Shown: one piece after another, positions 38,601 through 51,700 of the stretch | How the letters are laid out: each line of letters begins with the position of its first letter | Numbering within the stretch: the stretch's first letter is position 1 | Notes under the pieces: generated by a model | Told to the model about the DNA's origin: nothing | Databases searched by the model: none | Seen by the model: only the letters and a program-made list of their open reading frames with translations | From: Trichoplax adhaerens | Taxonomy: Eukaryota; Animalia; Placozoa | Assembly (NCBI RefSeq): GCF_000150275.1 | Contig: NW_002060945.1 | Location: 507,872-571,871 of the forward strand | DNA length: 64,000 nucleotides | Direction of reading: 5' to 3' | Made by a program: the position numbers and the translations under genes

Positions 38601-41600
38601 ATTGAACAAAAATTTTTCTAGTTAAAAATAATATTTTGTCTTTCTGTCAGAATTTTTTGTGGGCACCCCAGCCCTTTTCGATGATCAACCAATATGGCGA
38701 GATTGTTGTAACGTTACGGTTACAAATAGATGTCGAAAAACATGTCTAAAGGTAGGAAAAACTACAGAAATAGCTAAATAATTTCCCTGTTCACTGCTAA
38801 ATTGATCATTTTTAATGGATTATCTTCGTCGCTATTGTTTTTTTTCTCTAATTCTTGTGCTCTTTCGAAACTATCCAAGACACACCATTTGCAAAGGCTA
38901 AATGAGAGATGTCCTAACACTACAGAAGTAAATAACATATTTAAGATGTAAAACATCGTAGAAGCCCTAGTTGCTTTCTGCTAAGGCTGTTGCCAAAACA
39001 AAGAACTAATAAAATATTACTTGTTTCTGCTTCTATTAATAGCATTTCTTAATGGCATGCATCGAGAGAAAGAAAGGTGGGTGTGGAATAAATTGGTGAA
39101 ACTTTTTTGAAACCAAAAGATAGACTTGCTATAATCAATAAGTAGTACAGGTAGTCTATGATTTTAAGATCGATTTTGCTTGTATAAGTTATTTCTACTA
39201 TATTACAGTTTCTCAGGGATGTTGTAATATTGCATCGATTGGATCAAGATGTAGTAGAGCTTGTAATATGGTTGGTTTCCTATCTATTTACTTTCAAATT
39301 TTCATTTCACAAAGTTAGTGTTGATCAATAGACGGTAATCCCAACTAAAAATCATAAACATTTTCAGATCTTTCGAAATGATATTAACATCTCCAGGGCT
39401 CACCTGTCAGATTTAAAGTATCATTGCAAGTATGCCGATCCCGAGGTATTTCCAATTTCTTACGTAGGAAAGCTAATTTTTTGAAGTAGTAGAAATCATA
39501 GCGATAATTACAATTTGGATACTTTCCATACATTTTATTATTTATTTAGGTTTATCGATGTGCTATGGAATATGCTCAATCCGATCTAGCAAAGCAAACT
39601 GTACCAGGTTAGGTTTTAGCTATATTCTATTAAAATACGGATAGATAGTAGTTTATGATTACATTCTAAGACGAATTTTGCAAGATTTCTCGAGGAGATT
39701 TTTGTTAATGTTATTTTCGCATTCGAAAGAAAAGATTCCCTATACTCTTGTTTGAAACTTTTGAAATTAAATTTTACCCTATGCATCATCACTGTGACTG
39801 TATCAAATTTAGTTATACTTTCAACAAATTAATTTACTTCTAGGCCTATCCTGCTGTAGTAGAACTACTCTGAAACAGTGCGCATCTACTTGTCGAAGAG
39901 TAAGATTAAAGGAAATAAATCTCTCTATTTTACTAGAAACATTTTAGAAAGTTTGTAAATACTGAGGTAAAGTGATTCTATTGGTATTCATTGTAATAGG
40001 CATTAATGAACGCTAAGTATAGTGATTTAGAAAAACTTTATTATATTCGAAGGAAGTGCAGAAAGAATAGTATTTTGGTGAGTGAATAATTATAATAGGA
40101 GCTTTAAAATATGTGATTAAGATTTACAACAAATAATCTATATAAATTATAGTTCCATTCCTGATTCATTTTATTTATTTTCTTTCCCTTGGAATATGGA
40201 TTTTTACTCTTGATAGTCGCCAATCCCTTACTGTTTGTTGCAAAATCTTCAATGTAAGACGAATTAATCTTTACTTGATGAGCGCATTATCATAGATATA
40301 AGATTGGATGAATTGATCTCAATAATCAGCCATTTCATCACTGTGGTAACTGTCATCTTGACCTTTTCAAAAATATTTAGCTTCTCAATCTGAGCAAAGA
40401 GCATTCTATTACCGGGATATTGGTAAATACATGTTAAAACTCAATTTATATTCATAGAACAACTAGAGTCTTAATGACAAGATTTTATAGATTTCTTGTA
40501 GAACTGATATGAATTAACTAGTTTCTGAATAATTAATACCTTGCTTAAAAGATTTGATAAAGATCTCCGGTTGTATTTCATTACATTAATTGCTACCAGC
40601 TCTATTACTTCCTAACTTATTATTGATCTTAATGTCATAAAATTAAATTTTAAATTGATTATCTGCCGTAAATAGCCGAATCAAACTACTAACTTCTTCT
40701 TAATTACCGGCTACAGGACGTTTTGGTGGGAAATTACAGTGTTGTAGCAAAGCTTCCTCTCTACAATGCAGTGAATTATGCTTCAAGGTATCAAGTTATT
40801 CCCTGTAATTACCTGTAGGAAGCTCATCTGAATGCTATAGAGACTAAAATTTAACTTTGTTTTATCCCATGTTGGCTAATTTTACTTCCATATGAATATG
40901 AAAACTAAATACAATGGCAGCTATTTAATCAAACATTGATTCCGCCATATGATTTTGATCGATATAATCGAAAATGTTCAGTTGCTGAAGAGGTAAGTTA
41001 TATTTTACTTCATCGTCTTGTGACCATTGCAGTATATAGTAAACCTAGGAATAAAGTGAAAGCTATATTATTCTAAAGTATGGTATAGGATATTATTGAT
41101 ATATTAAAAATGGTCGTCATTGCTACTGATACTATTTAATTTAACTTATAATCTGAATCTTATTATATAAAAAATTTACTAGGGCAAGCTCAATACCTGT
41201 TTATTGGATGGTAAGAGATGGTAGTTACAATATCTACCTATTAAATGAAGACATTCAATTATTGAAACTATACTCCAATTTATTAGGATACTAATGAAAT
41301 GGTTTAATTTCTGATCATAAATAGTCGTGCGACCATGCCAGCTTGGATGTAGAAATTTAACATTTTGTAGCAATTTTAATCGGTAATTATGTATTATGAG
41401 CTCTTATGATGTGGTAGGTCATACACTTTATACAATAGGATGATTCTGTAGTTTAACGAATCGCAACTTAATCATTTTTATTGATCATACTAATAATTGA
41501 ATGACTAATGATGCTAAGACTTATTCTGCATTTGCATTTGCATTTTCAGACCATTAACTTACTTCAGAAACTGCGACAGCAGTTCTGATTCTTATGCCCA

Positions 41601-44600
41601 AAGAGTATATAATAATATTAAATCAACATTGGCCTCGGCTGCCTCGATCGATGTTGAAACATGTTATCCTAACATTTGGAAGGTATAGCTGTAATACTAT
41701 TAACGTTATGTCCGCTATTTATTATCTCATTTAATTAACCTATTTCCTGTCCATTCGGATGAATACAACAGGCCATGGCTTGTATTCTACAATTAAGGCC
41801 ATGTCATACCAGATTTCATGGCGCTTATATTTGCAAGTAAGTTATTCAAGATCTCCATATTTCGCTTTCTCCAGAGCATATTAAAATTATTCCTCTTTCT
41901 TTCTAAATTTAATTATAGATCAGATTGCAAACAGATAATAAGATCTTGTTCTCATAACGTTACCAATAATATCGTCGAATCATTGTGTAATAACTTAATT
42001 GCTACAAACTCTGCCTATCCTCATTGTATTCGTCTAGAGGATTATATCGGTAATGGATTTGCATGTATTAGCAATGTACATCATTTCTATTGCATTTCAT
42101 GTATTTAGTATATAACTAGCTGAGATTATGATATCAAGTAATATACAGTATCTAGAGTCTCACGTCACCTTCTTAATACGGCTGAAATTTAAGAACTTTC
42201 CTTGTAGACCTAGACAGTAAAATAAGAACTTTCATAAAATTCATTACTCTATATAAGTAGTACAGAAAGATTTGAGATAATAAGAAATGACGCATCTAGA
42301 ATCTTATGCTGCTGCCTACAATCCTACATACACGTATAGCTTAAATTTTAGGAGTATCTTTATAGGCTAAAACAATACAGTAAAATACAAATTTTAGTAC
42401 AAGTGATTATAGGAACAGTGTAAAAAAAATATTCGTAATTATTAGCTTATAAACAAATTATAATAATAGTTAAATTGCTTGTTACATTGAAAGGAAATAC
42501 AACTGAAATATCAACAGATAGCTGGACAGCCCTCAATCTTACCGGTAAAAATATTAAAATTATCGTTAATAGTTATAATTAGTTATAGTTTTAATACGCT
42601 TTAGACTAAGAATTGATAGCCTGTCTAAATAGCAACGTTCATCATTTATCGTTGCTGAATATTGTAGTTTTAATATAAATTACATCTTTATTACCATTAT
42701 ATTCGTATACGTATGTGGCTTATTTGTTAATCATTTTATTCAATCATCAGAGAGGCTTTCACCATGTCATCCAAATCCATGTGGTTCGTCTAAATGCGAA
42801 ATTATTAACCGATGTCTGGTTGATGATAAGGATTGCGTTAGCTATAGATGTTTATCAGGTATGGGATAACAGGTTTATTTGACAGATGAGTCAATCAAAT
42901 ATTGTTTGAAAAGTTTAAACCATAAAATTATATATCGAAATGCAACAGATCTGATCTAGAGAGATCTATTATAATACTAAATTGATACGATGATGCTATA
43001 AACAACTGTATGCCAAAGATATTGGCCAGTATTTATTTGATCGACAATAAGAGATTTATCCATTACAAACACATCTTAGATATAGGATTACAGCTTTCGA
43101 TCATGCGAATAAATGAGTCAAATATCATTTTAAAATTTAAGCCATAAATGAGATGTGACATTATATTCTGTGACTATCCGTATTTAAATGATAAATCCAA
43201 AATAATTTAAGTCCTAAAGACCTACAGTACTATAAAATTCGATAACCACATCTACACCAGGGGCAGCTAACACTATACAAAACTAATAAGCACTTCTTAA
43301 CTCTATAAATTATTTATAGCGCTACGGTTACAATATTATAACTATAGTGATCTATACCATATTGGTAAATATCAAATCATTGTCGAATTTATATCGTACG
43401 ATATAATTAATCTTTGATTGCCTCTTTAAGATTGCCCATTAGGCGTAGCATCGCATTACTTTATAAAAAAGGGAAGCTACATTAAGGTTAGTTCGCGTAT
43501 TAGTATTGTATCTTTATGATTATAAACAATCTTATTATATATGTGAGTAAATTACAATATATTGCTGTACATACGTATTTCTATTTTTCAACTCTTGTTT
43601 GTACTGAATTGATCAAACTAATTAGAATTTTACTTCTTTATCTCATGCACTTTATAGTTACTTGCAACGCCCGGGATAGAGCGTTGCCATATGATTTGTA
43701 AATGTTTCGCCAATACTTCAATGATTGATCAATGCTATAGTTTGCCTTGTAATAGCGAACAATCCTGCAGGATAGCTGGGAAAAAGACCATAGGTAGAAA
43801 TACTATATTAAACTTTCATAATGTCCATTAAAATTATTGCATTAATTTTGACCTATATTCAACATTACGTACCGTATTCTATAGCGATATAATCGGCTTG
43901 TTTTCTATATCAGAGCATGGTAAACAATTTTATGATCATTGCAATTTATGTGGCTGCTTTAATGGAAAAATAACATGTACTAAGAAAAATTGTTCAGCCT
44001 CAGTAGGCAAACCAATTAAAGGTATAATACATAAAACGTAGTGCTATCATTTATTTTACTTAAATAATGTCAATCTACCGTTCATTAATTTAAAAAATTT
44101 ATAAGGCCGCTCTGGATATTTTAGTCTCCATATCTGATACCAACTATCAAAACATGATTACCTTAGGTCTACCATGTGATTGCCAATTAAAATATGAGCC
44201 TGTTTGCGGTATAAATGGACAAACATTTGGCAATCCCTGTCTGGCACAGTAAGTTGTTCTCTAGGGATGTACGTACTGTACTAGTTACTGTAGCCTATAA
44301 AGCTATCAGTATTTTAATCTACGAAATAACGTACGAGTAGATCAAGTAATAATTTCTAATCCCTATAATCTGTCCTATAAAGGTGTGCTGGACTGGGGGA
44401 GGATGAATATCGAACTGGCCAGTGTATTGAAATTGAGCCTTGCCAAGTGTTTTCATGCAGCTCTGGCATGTAAGTCAAGAATGAATTCGAAATTATTTCA
44501 CGCAAGTTTGCCGTAACTATCATCTATTAGTTTTGATCTTTTGGTATTACTTCCTAGTTGTCTTACGGATAGAAAAATATGTCTTGGCAAACAATTTCCA

Positions 44601-46251
44601 GGCTGTCGACAATATAAATGCGGTAAGTTGAACTATTTCAATTGATTATCTTATAAGCTAATGTAAATGGCACTGCAGTATAACATTTTTCATAGCTATA
44701 AATTTTATTAATCACAGTATCAAATATATCTTTGATGTAAAGTAAATGTTGTTGGACTGTTATCATTTGAAACTTTTACATGTAACTGATGACTTATTCG
44801 CTATTATTAGAATTTATAAAGGAGCAGAATAAGGACCCGAGCAAGAGGGACATCAACTTTGTTTGCGATTCTAATAATATACAACATAACAGCACTATTA
44901 GCTTAATTGAAAGCCGACAAACATTCTCTTACAGCGGCTACTGCTTGGTAATGCTGAAGATTATCTGCTATAATATTTAATCTATAAACAGATGCTGAAT
45001 GTAAAATCAATCAGTTATAATATAAAATCGTAAATTTTAATTTAATATAAATAACGATGATACTTGAAGTTGCTAACATCTCATGATTACCATATTATTT
45101 GCAACTTATTGACTATTAATCTAGGATAAATGCAGTACTGCGGGTAAAGTCTGCGGCACAGACGGCAATACGTATATTCATGAATGTGCAGCTTTAGCTG
45201 CTAAAGTTCTAATTGATTATCATTCTGAATGTCAGAATGTCGGTATTTATCAAGGTAATAGTCCCGGTTTTCCATTATTTGAAATATGACCAATGTGGAT
45301 TGAATGATCCTTCTTACTGACAAAGGCAATTTTCACTCATTCTCTACATAATAAGGTTTTAAATCTTATTGTCACAACATTATTTGCCCTCCCCTACCTT
45401 TCTCTAATTGCAGAAAGGTTTTACTTAGTGGAACTTGCTGTCCTATTTGTGGTAAAGATTCAGACTTTATCTGCAAAATAACTTTATTATTTCTAATTCT
45501 GATAACTGTTTTCTAACTGTTCCTAAAATATGCAAATACGTCGAAATTTTACTTAGCGCCCTATCTCCAACTCGTAATTAGTGATGAATTAGCTGATAAC
45601 AATTCTCTAGCAGCTGATCAAACTCCGATAACTGTAATCCACTTGGTTAAAGAAATTCAAAATCTCCTTACAACTGTAAGTAGTCTCGATTGTATTGTAT
45701 GTAAATTTACCAATTTTATTTTAATTTTATATAATCAAAAATGATATTTCTATTACTAAGATTGTGTTGATACAGTAAGATTGATAGTTTATGTCATCTA
45801 TATTGTAAGGTTTATTGCATTGTATACGGGCATAAATCTTTTGAAGGAGATGTTCAAATTATAATTAAAATGACCGATCCTCCTAGTATGACTAAGGTAA
45901 GAAATGACTTTATTTTGATACACTTTCATGCAATATAACAGAGATAAATGTGAAGTGGAAGACTTATAAGAATTTTTTTACCTTCTTTAGTTTCGTATTT
46001 GTAACAAAGAGACTGAAAGTTTGCAGACTATGTTTTATAATAAGAACCTACCTATAAGTGGTAGCATCTCTCTATCAACCGTTATTGCTGTTGAGCAGCA
46101 TCAGGCAACATTTCAATCCGAATCTCCAGTCATTAACGATAATTCCAGTAGCTCTGCATATGGCATAACGATGGATAAGAAAGCAATTTTGTTCACAGTG
46201 CTAATTTCGCTAGGAATGAACGCACTCTATTGCAATTTTCAGATGCTTTAA
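32664..46251 (+). CDS. RECK: RECK: signal peptide, five CC (cysteine-knot) domains, Frizzled-like CRD, Kazal/EGF-like modules, C-terminal GPI-type hydrophobic tail
   Basis: Exon 32664-32724 MLLLPCFILATAFLSSSLIT. CC1 33091-33155 CCNLATDSLDCKAAC; CC2 CCNVTVTNRCRKTC; CC3 CCNIASIGSRCSRAC; CC4 CCSRTTLKQCASTC; CC5 KLQCCSKASSLQCSELC. CRD: RPLTYFRNC..CYPNIWKAMACILQLRPCH..ICKSDC. Kazal: LPCDCQLKYEPVCGINGQTFGNPCLA and VCGTDGNTYIHECAA. Confidence 0.92.
37473..37508. repeat. Perfect 36-bp palindrome in RECK intron 3
   Basis: ttatagggtgtacactgtacagtgtacaccctataa equals its own reverse complement. Confidence 0.95.
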
Positions 46252-47586
46252 AATTGCTTTCATTTCATTTTGTAATGTAAAAACTAACTCTTTTTTAGTA
46301 GTTGTATCTCAATCATGATTATCATTTCAGTATTTTGACTGTCATGAGTGTATGGCTACTTGAAACAATTTCATAATTGCCTCGCAATCTAATTAACGGC
46401 ATTAATTTAGAATTATACTCTGCAAATTCTTCTATTCACATGATTATCCAGATATCAGTTTAGACTTACATTGATCATAGGCAGTTTATACTAACTGCAA
46501 CTTACGCTACTCACCTATATGGTAGAACATGCGATGTGTCTCTTAAATTACGTGTTCAGAAGCCATGACGGAGTACTAGAGATTATTATTTTTTACCTAC
46601 ACTATAATATCCATTTAAGATATTGACTCGTCATCACAATACAACAGCTAAATGATCCTAATTTTTCATGCATGTAAAAGTTAATATTTCTAGTTCAATA
46701 TATACTGTACTGTATAACACTATTTAATACCTATGTATGATGTGTTAATGACAATATGAATCTTCGAGTGTGAATTTCAATTTCCATCTCTTTTTCTCGT
46801 GATATGATTAATTTATCAAATAAAGTGAAACACTATTAAATCAGTCTTCCACCGAAAATTATTCCTTATTTATCGCTCTGTTATCGCAATGAAAGTTGCG
46901 ATGATGATTTTAAATTGGACTTGCCTATTTATAAGGATATTTAAATTTGCCAGCTATATAAGGAAATAAGAGAAGCTATGCACTAGTCGATGAGACGTAA
47001 ATAGGGCTCTTTACTCTAGCAGGCAGGGACTATTTAATTTCTCTTTAAAAAAAGGAGCCGCTGACTATGAACATAATTCTATCTTAGTTAGGATACAAGG
47101 GTTCAGTATGTGTACCTTGGACATATAAATTAACGGCAATTTTCATATATTTAGTTTGTCCAATAGCGGAAAAGTGCGGCGCTAGTTGTAGTGCGGTATA
47201 CCCATTAACTTTTTAAGTTAGTGGATAAAAATATCCTTCAATACAATTCCTACAGCATGATGTCAAGGATTATTATTCAATTAGTAGATATAATCAGTGG
47301 GAATATATAGCATAGCAATGGTGAGAAAAGCAAAATTGACCACTTTAGAGGCATAGTCGCAAGCCTACGTTTCTTTTTCCCATCAAGTTCCATTGGTAAA
47401 CAATAATGTGCGTCTTTGTACGCGTATATTGAAAAGGATAATTCTACTCCTCAGGATGAATTCTATTCAAATGAGAAGGACTTGCCTTCTTTTCCCATCA
47501 ACTATATTATTAATCCTATCAACATTTGGCCAATAATGTCTAGTTTCTAAAGCGAAGAATGCCCGATGGATTTGGGGCCGAAGTAG

Positions 47587-47594
47587 AAAAAAAA
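47587..47594 (-). terminator. Pol III oligo-T terminator of tRNA-Val
   Basis: T8 on the minus strand, 15 nt downstream of the tRNA 3' end. Confidence 0.75.
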
Positions 47595-47609
47595 GGAAGA
47601 CATACATTA

Positions 47610-47682
47610 TGTCACTGCCAGGGATCGAACCTGGGACCTTGCGCGTGTGAAGCGCACGTGATAACCGCTACACTACAGTGAC
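47610..47682 (-). tRNA. tRNA-Val (anticodon CAC)
   Basis: GTCACTGTAGTGTAGCGGTTATCACGTGCGCTTCACACGCGCAAGGTCCCAGGTTCGATCCCTGGCAGTGACA: 7-bp acceptor stem, anticodon stem TGCGC/GCGCA with loop TTCACAC, GGTTCGA T-loop; 73 nt. Confidence 0.97.
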
Positions 47683-48273
47683 GACGTCTTAGAAAAAGGG
47701 TCAATTTACATATTAGAACTGGTAGATGATTTTGATCGCTACTCTCCATAATTATTAATTCACTGAAGTTGAGAAAGGCTATTCTTAGATGCGTACCAAA
47801 ACCAAAACTATATATTTCGATTAAGTACAAGATGTAGAATTCAAATATATAAGCATTACTCTTTACAAATGACCGTTTTATGTTTTTCATTACAATATTG
47901 AATTGTACGAATTTAACATCTTCAGTACTGTAATGCATACTGTACTGTACATTAGGTTTTTGTAGCAAAAAAGCTGTACCTGAGTTAAAATTAATTCCAA
48001 TAATAATAATTTATAACTATCGGCTGCACGATCAGAGTAATAATCAGGCAATTCTTTCATTTAATAAGGTTAATAAGGAATGAGAGTGTTAGAAAGGGAA
48101 GAACTGTGTCAGACAACAACACAGAAAGGGAGTATGCCCATACATTCGCCTAGAAATAGACGCGATCATCTGAGCATACTAGACAGACAGACAGACAACA
48201 AAATAATTGAAAAAAGACTTTCGATCAATCGAAGGCCTAACTGTATTAGCATACTGCCACTAATAAGTTGAAC

Positions 48274-48395
48274 TGCTGTACGGTACAGTAGCCTTTGTCC
48301 CTTTCCAATCGCCTAAAAGCACAGTACCATGTACGGAAATCGCATAGTACAATGTACTGTAGTTATACAGCACAGTGTACTGTACTTACTGTACT
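48274..48395. repeat. CAGTA/TACTG tract upstream of USP40 (tRNA/USP40 divergent region)
   Basis: ctgtacggtacagtag...gtacaatgtactgtag..cagtgtactgtacttactgtac; small patch at 47925-47952. Confidence 0.75.
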
Positions 48396-48732
48396 TTGTT
48401 TAGTTTACCAGCGTGCTCGGTGGTGCTTACAGTCGGCTTTTAATTAATTAATTAAATCCATCATTGCATTTGTATGAATAAAAAAAGAAAGAATGCATAA
48501 GGAGAGAAAAAGAAAATAATAATAACAATATTGGTAGATAGTGGCCTAAGCGTAGAGTAATTTCTTCTTGATGCTTGGATGTTATATTGTCATCGTTTAG
48601 AATTGTCTTGATCGAGGAGATTATTGTTGTTATCTCGTAGTAGTGATCGTATTAACTGCTGTCTTTGAAAAGATACGTTTGAGGTTGTCCAGTGGTACTA
48701 CTTGACTGGGTGCATTAGTAAATATTGTCAAC

Positions 48733-51700
48733 ATGTTTGGTGGTAAGTAGTGCTTTTTACTGCTTGTACTTGCTTCGCAATGATTGTAGTTTTATCCACA
48801 GTTAACTATGTTCATGTCAAGAACTAGCGATGAAATTGTCGATTAAATCTATGATGTACCGCACAGGTGTTCATTATTGTAAGTGCTACTTCATTCATAC
48901 TTAGTCATAAGACGGTAGTCGTCAGAAATGGACACTATCGACAACACTTGCACTGACATTGCAGCGAGCAGAAAATATCAATCATCATCATACAGTGTAG
49001 AGACTGGATCAAGGATTGACTTTTCGTTCATATTAATAATAAACATGGAAAGAGTGCAGTGGTACAGGGTCGAAGTGAATATCAACAGCATTCAGTTACA
49101 CGTAATCGTTATATTTGCTACAGCAGTTGCCCTTGCAGCTGCTAGAAAATGCCAATGATCATGGTGCAGTGTAGAGACTGCGTTAAGGAATGACTCTTCT
49201 TCGTTCATGTTAATGGACCAAGTGGACAAGAGTGCAGCGGTACTGTATAAGATCGAAGTGATTATCAACAATATTCAGTTACACCTAGTCGCTATGCTTG
49301 CTTAGTGATAGTATACAGCATAGATTGTCGTTGAAGCTGATGTGGATTGATGATGTAAATCATGGAAAATGCATAGGGGTTGTGTTCAGCCTTTACTATT
49401 CATTTATTTATTTTGCGATAGAAATTATTGCAGCTATAGTAATTTACTCAAAACTAACTGTCAAACATAGTACAGCATTTGGTAAGCATGTTCCTTTGGT
49501 AGATTAATATTGTGCAGTATATATATATATACACAGCACAAATTTATTGATTTGTATTCAGAAATGGACACTGTGTTGAGGGTAGAAGTACTAGAGTATA
49601 CACTATGTATTCAGGAATATCAAGATATTGAAAGTCAAGTTAGATAAGTATTAGAAATGAATTAGTAGCATGCGTTGTAAACAAATCGCCGAGAATAGTT
49701 ACATCTGCTAGAAATGATAACCGTTACCTGTATCTACACCCTTTCAAGCCCATAAACATTCCATAGACTACAACAAGATCTTCCGAAATACAGTAGTACA
49801 TAGAAGATTTCTAGTTCGAGGTCCAGCTCCAGTCTGTACGCGCATACTGTAGTAGTGCACTGCTAAAATGAGCGTCAAGATTAGAATTACTACTTTACAT
49901 ATGCATGTTATGTTGGTACCCAACTTATTTGAACTTCATCAATTTATAATCTTAGACTTGTTTTATGAAGTCGACGAAGCAAGTGATAATCAGCACAAAA
50001 GAACACATAATTCGACTATCCGACGACCAAGAGGGCCAACCGGCTTTTGTGGCATTAGTAACCTTGGTGCAACATGTTACTTAAATGCGCTATTACAAAC
50101 ACTCTTCTTGACTCCAGAATTCCGTAGTAAGCCACTTTCTTACAAATGACAGTATTTGTATCAGTGATATACTAATAAGGTAAATCTATCACTCTCACCT
50201 ATGTTTAGGAAGTATATTCAGTATTGATAGAAATGAGTTGGGAGACACTGATGAAGCTACACAGGTGATAAATGTTCGGAATAGTTGTAATGTTTACTCA
50301 ATTTCGGCTAAAGATTGGAATCTGTTAGGATATTTAGAGTATAAATAGAGTATAATCTGTTAGAAAATTGTTTCGGCTTTCTCGTACTTTACTTAAAAGT
50401 ATAACTTAACGTTCAATATTGTAATACAGCATGATCTGGAAAGAACAATGCTAATCCAATATTATCAACTGCTGTGTATGTAATATCAATGTAGGTTCGC
50501 AATATTCCAATCCAATTGCGAAAATTATTTGCTAGGATGGTGCAATTAGATATTGACTTTGTTGATACTGACCGACTGATCGAAAGTTTTGGATGGAATA
50601 GCAATGATGTACGTAACGAAATTATCACCGTAACCCTGACTAGATAGTAAAATTTAAGTATCATGTCATAATTGAAGGTTAAAATCTTTAGATCATAAGC
50701 TGAATTTGTTTATTGAGCTATTTTATATACTAAATCGCAACTGATAGATTTTAAACCTTGATAATACTGATTACACCCGTAAATACTAATATTCGTATAG
50801 ACTCGTACATTACTTGTATTGCTCTTTTGTTTTTTTACTCATAGATTAATATGATGCTTAGTCTTTTATTGGCGGTTAATAACTTTACAAAATTGATTGC
50901 ATGAAATTTTTTTATTAGCGCCATAACTATATCCAATACGTTAAGGCCATGAAACTGTTGTTACTTTTTGCGAATATTTCTGCTGAAACTAAGGTTGTGA
51001 TGGCCAACATGTATGAAACTTTCTAACCTACTATGCTTCCATATAATTTGCTAGACCTTTCTGCAACAAGATATTCAAGAACTTAATCGCGTTCTATTTG
51101 ATGCGATCGAACAATCTTTGTTTGGAACAAACAGCGAGAAAATTATTAGAGACTTATATAAGGGAACAATTGTTAATGAGGTATTGTATCTCCTCAGACC
51201 CGTAGCTAGCACCGACTAAGTTATTATGCAGTATTTTTGAGGCATGAATTGATTCTGCTATCATTTAAATTGACGTAACAACGTATACTTTCCAGATTGA
51301 ATGTAAGGAGTGTAAGGCCATTAGTCGAAGAGAGGTATCGTATCATTTAATTAATTGTGAAGTAGTTATACTTTCGGCGACCACACATTTACGATATAGT
51401 GGCCTCTATGCCTTCTTATAGTTTATTATACATATAATAAATGATCCACAACAATAAAATATTTTTAGGAAGGATTTCTGGATCTCAGCTTGTCTATTGC
51501 TGATGTATCGACATTGGATGGTGCGCTATCTAGATATTTTCTGGGGTATGAGCTTATGTTTGGAGACAATAAATACTATTGTGAAGGATGCGGTAAACAC
51601 GTTGATGCAGAAAAGGTAAACTTCTATACTAAATTTACAACGATATATCTGGTGGAATTAAGATTCTAGAGGTTGCCGTTCTATCTCTAATGAATTATTT

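Noticed and set aside
38651-39446. RECK with only four CC domains (CC2/CC3 fusion)
   Set aside because: Three small exons between 38752 and 39367 (THHLQRLNERCPNTTE, HFLMACIERKK, VSQGCCNIASIGSRCSRACNM) complete CC2 and start CC3.
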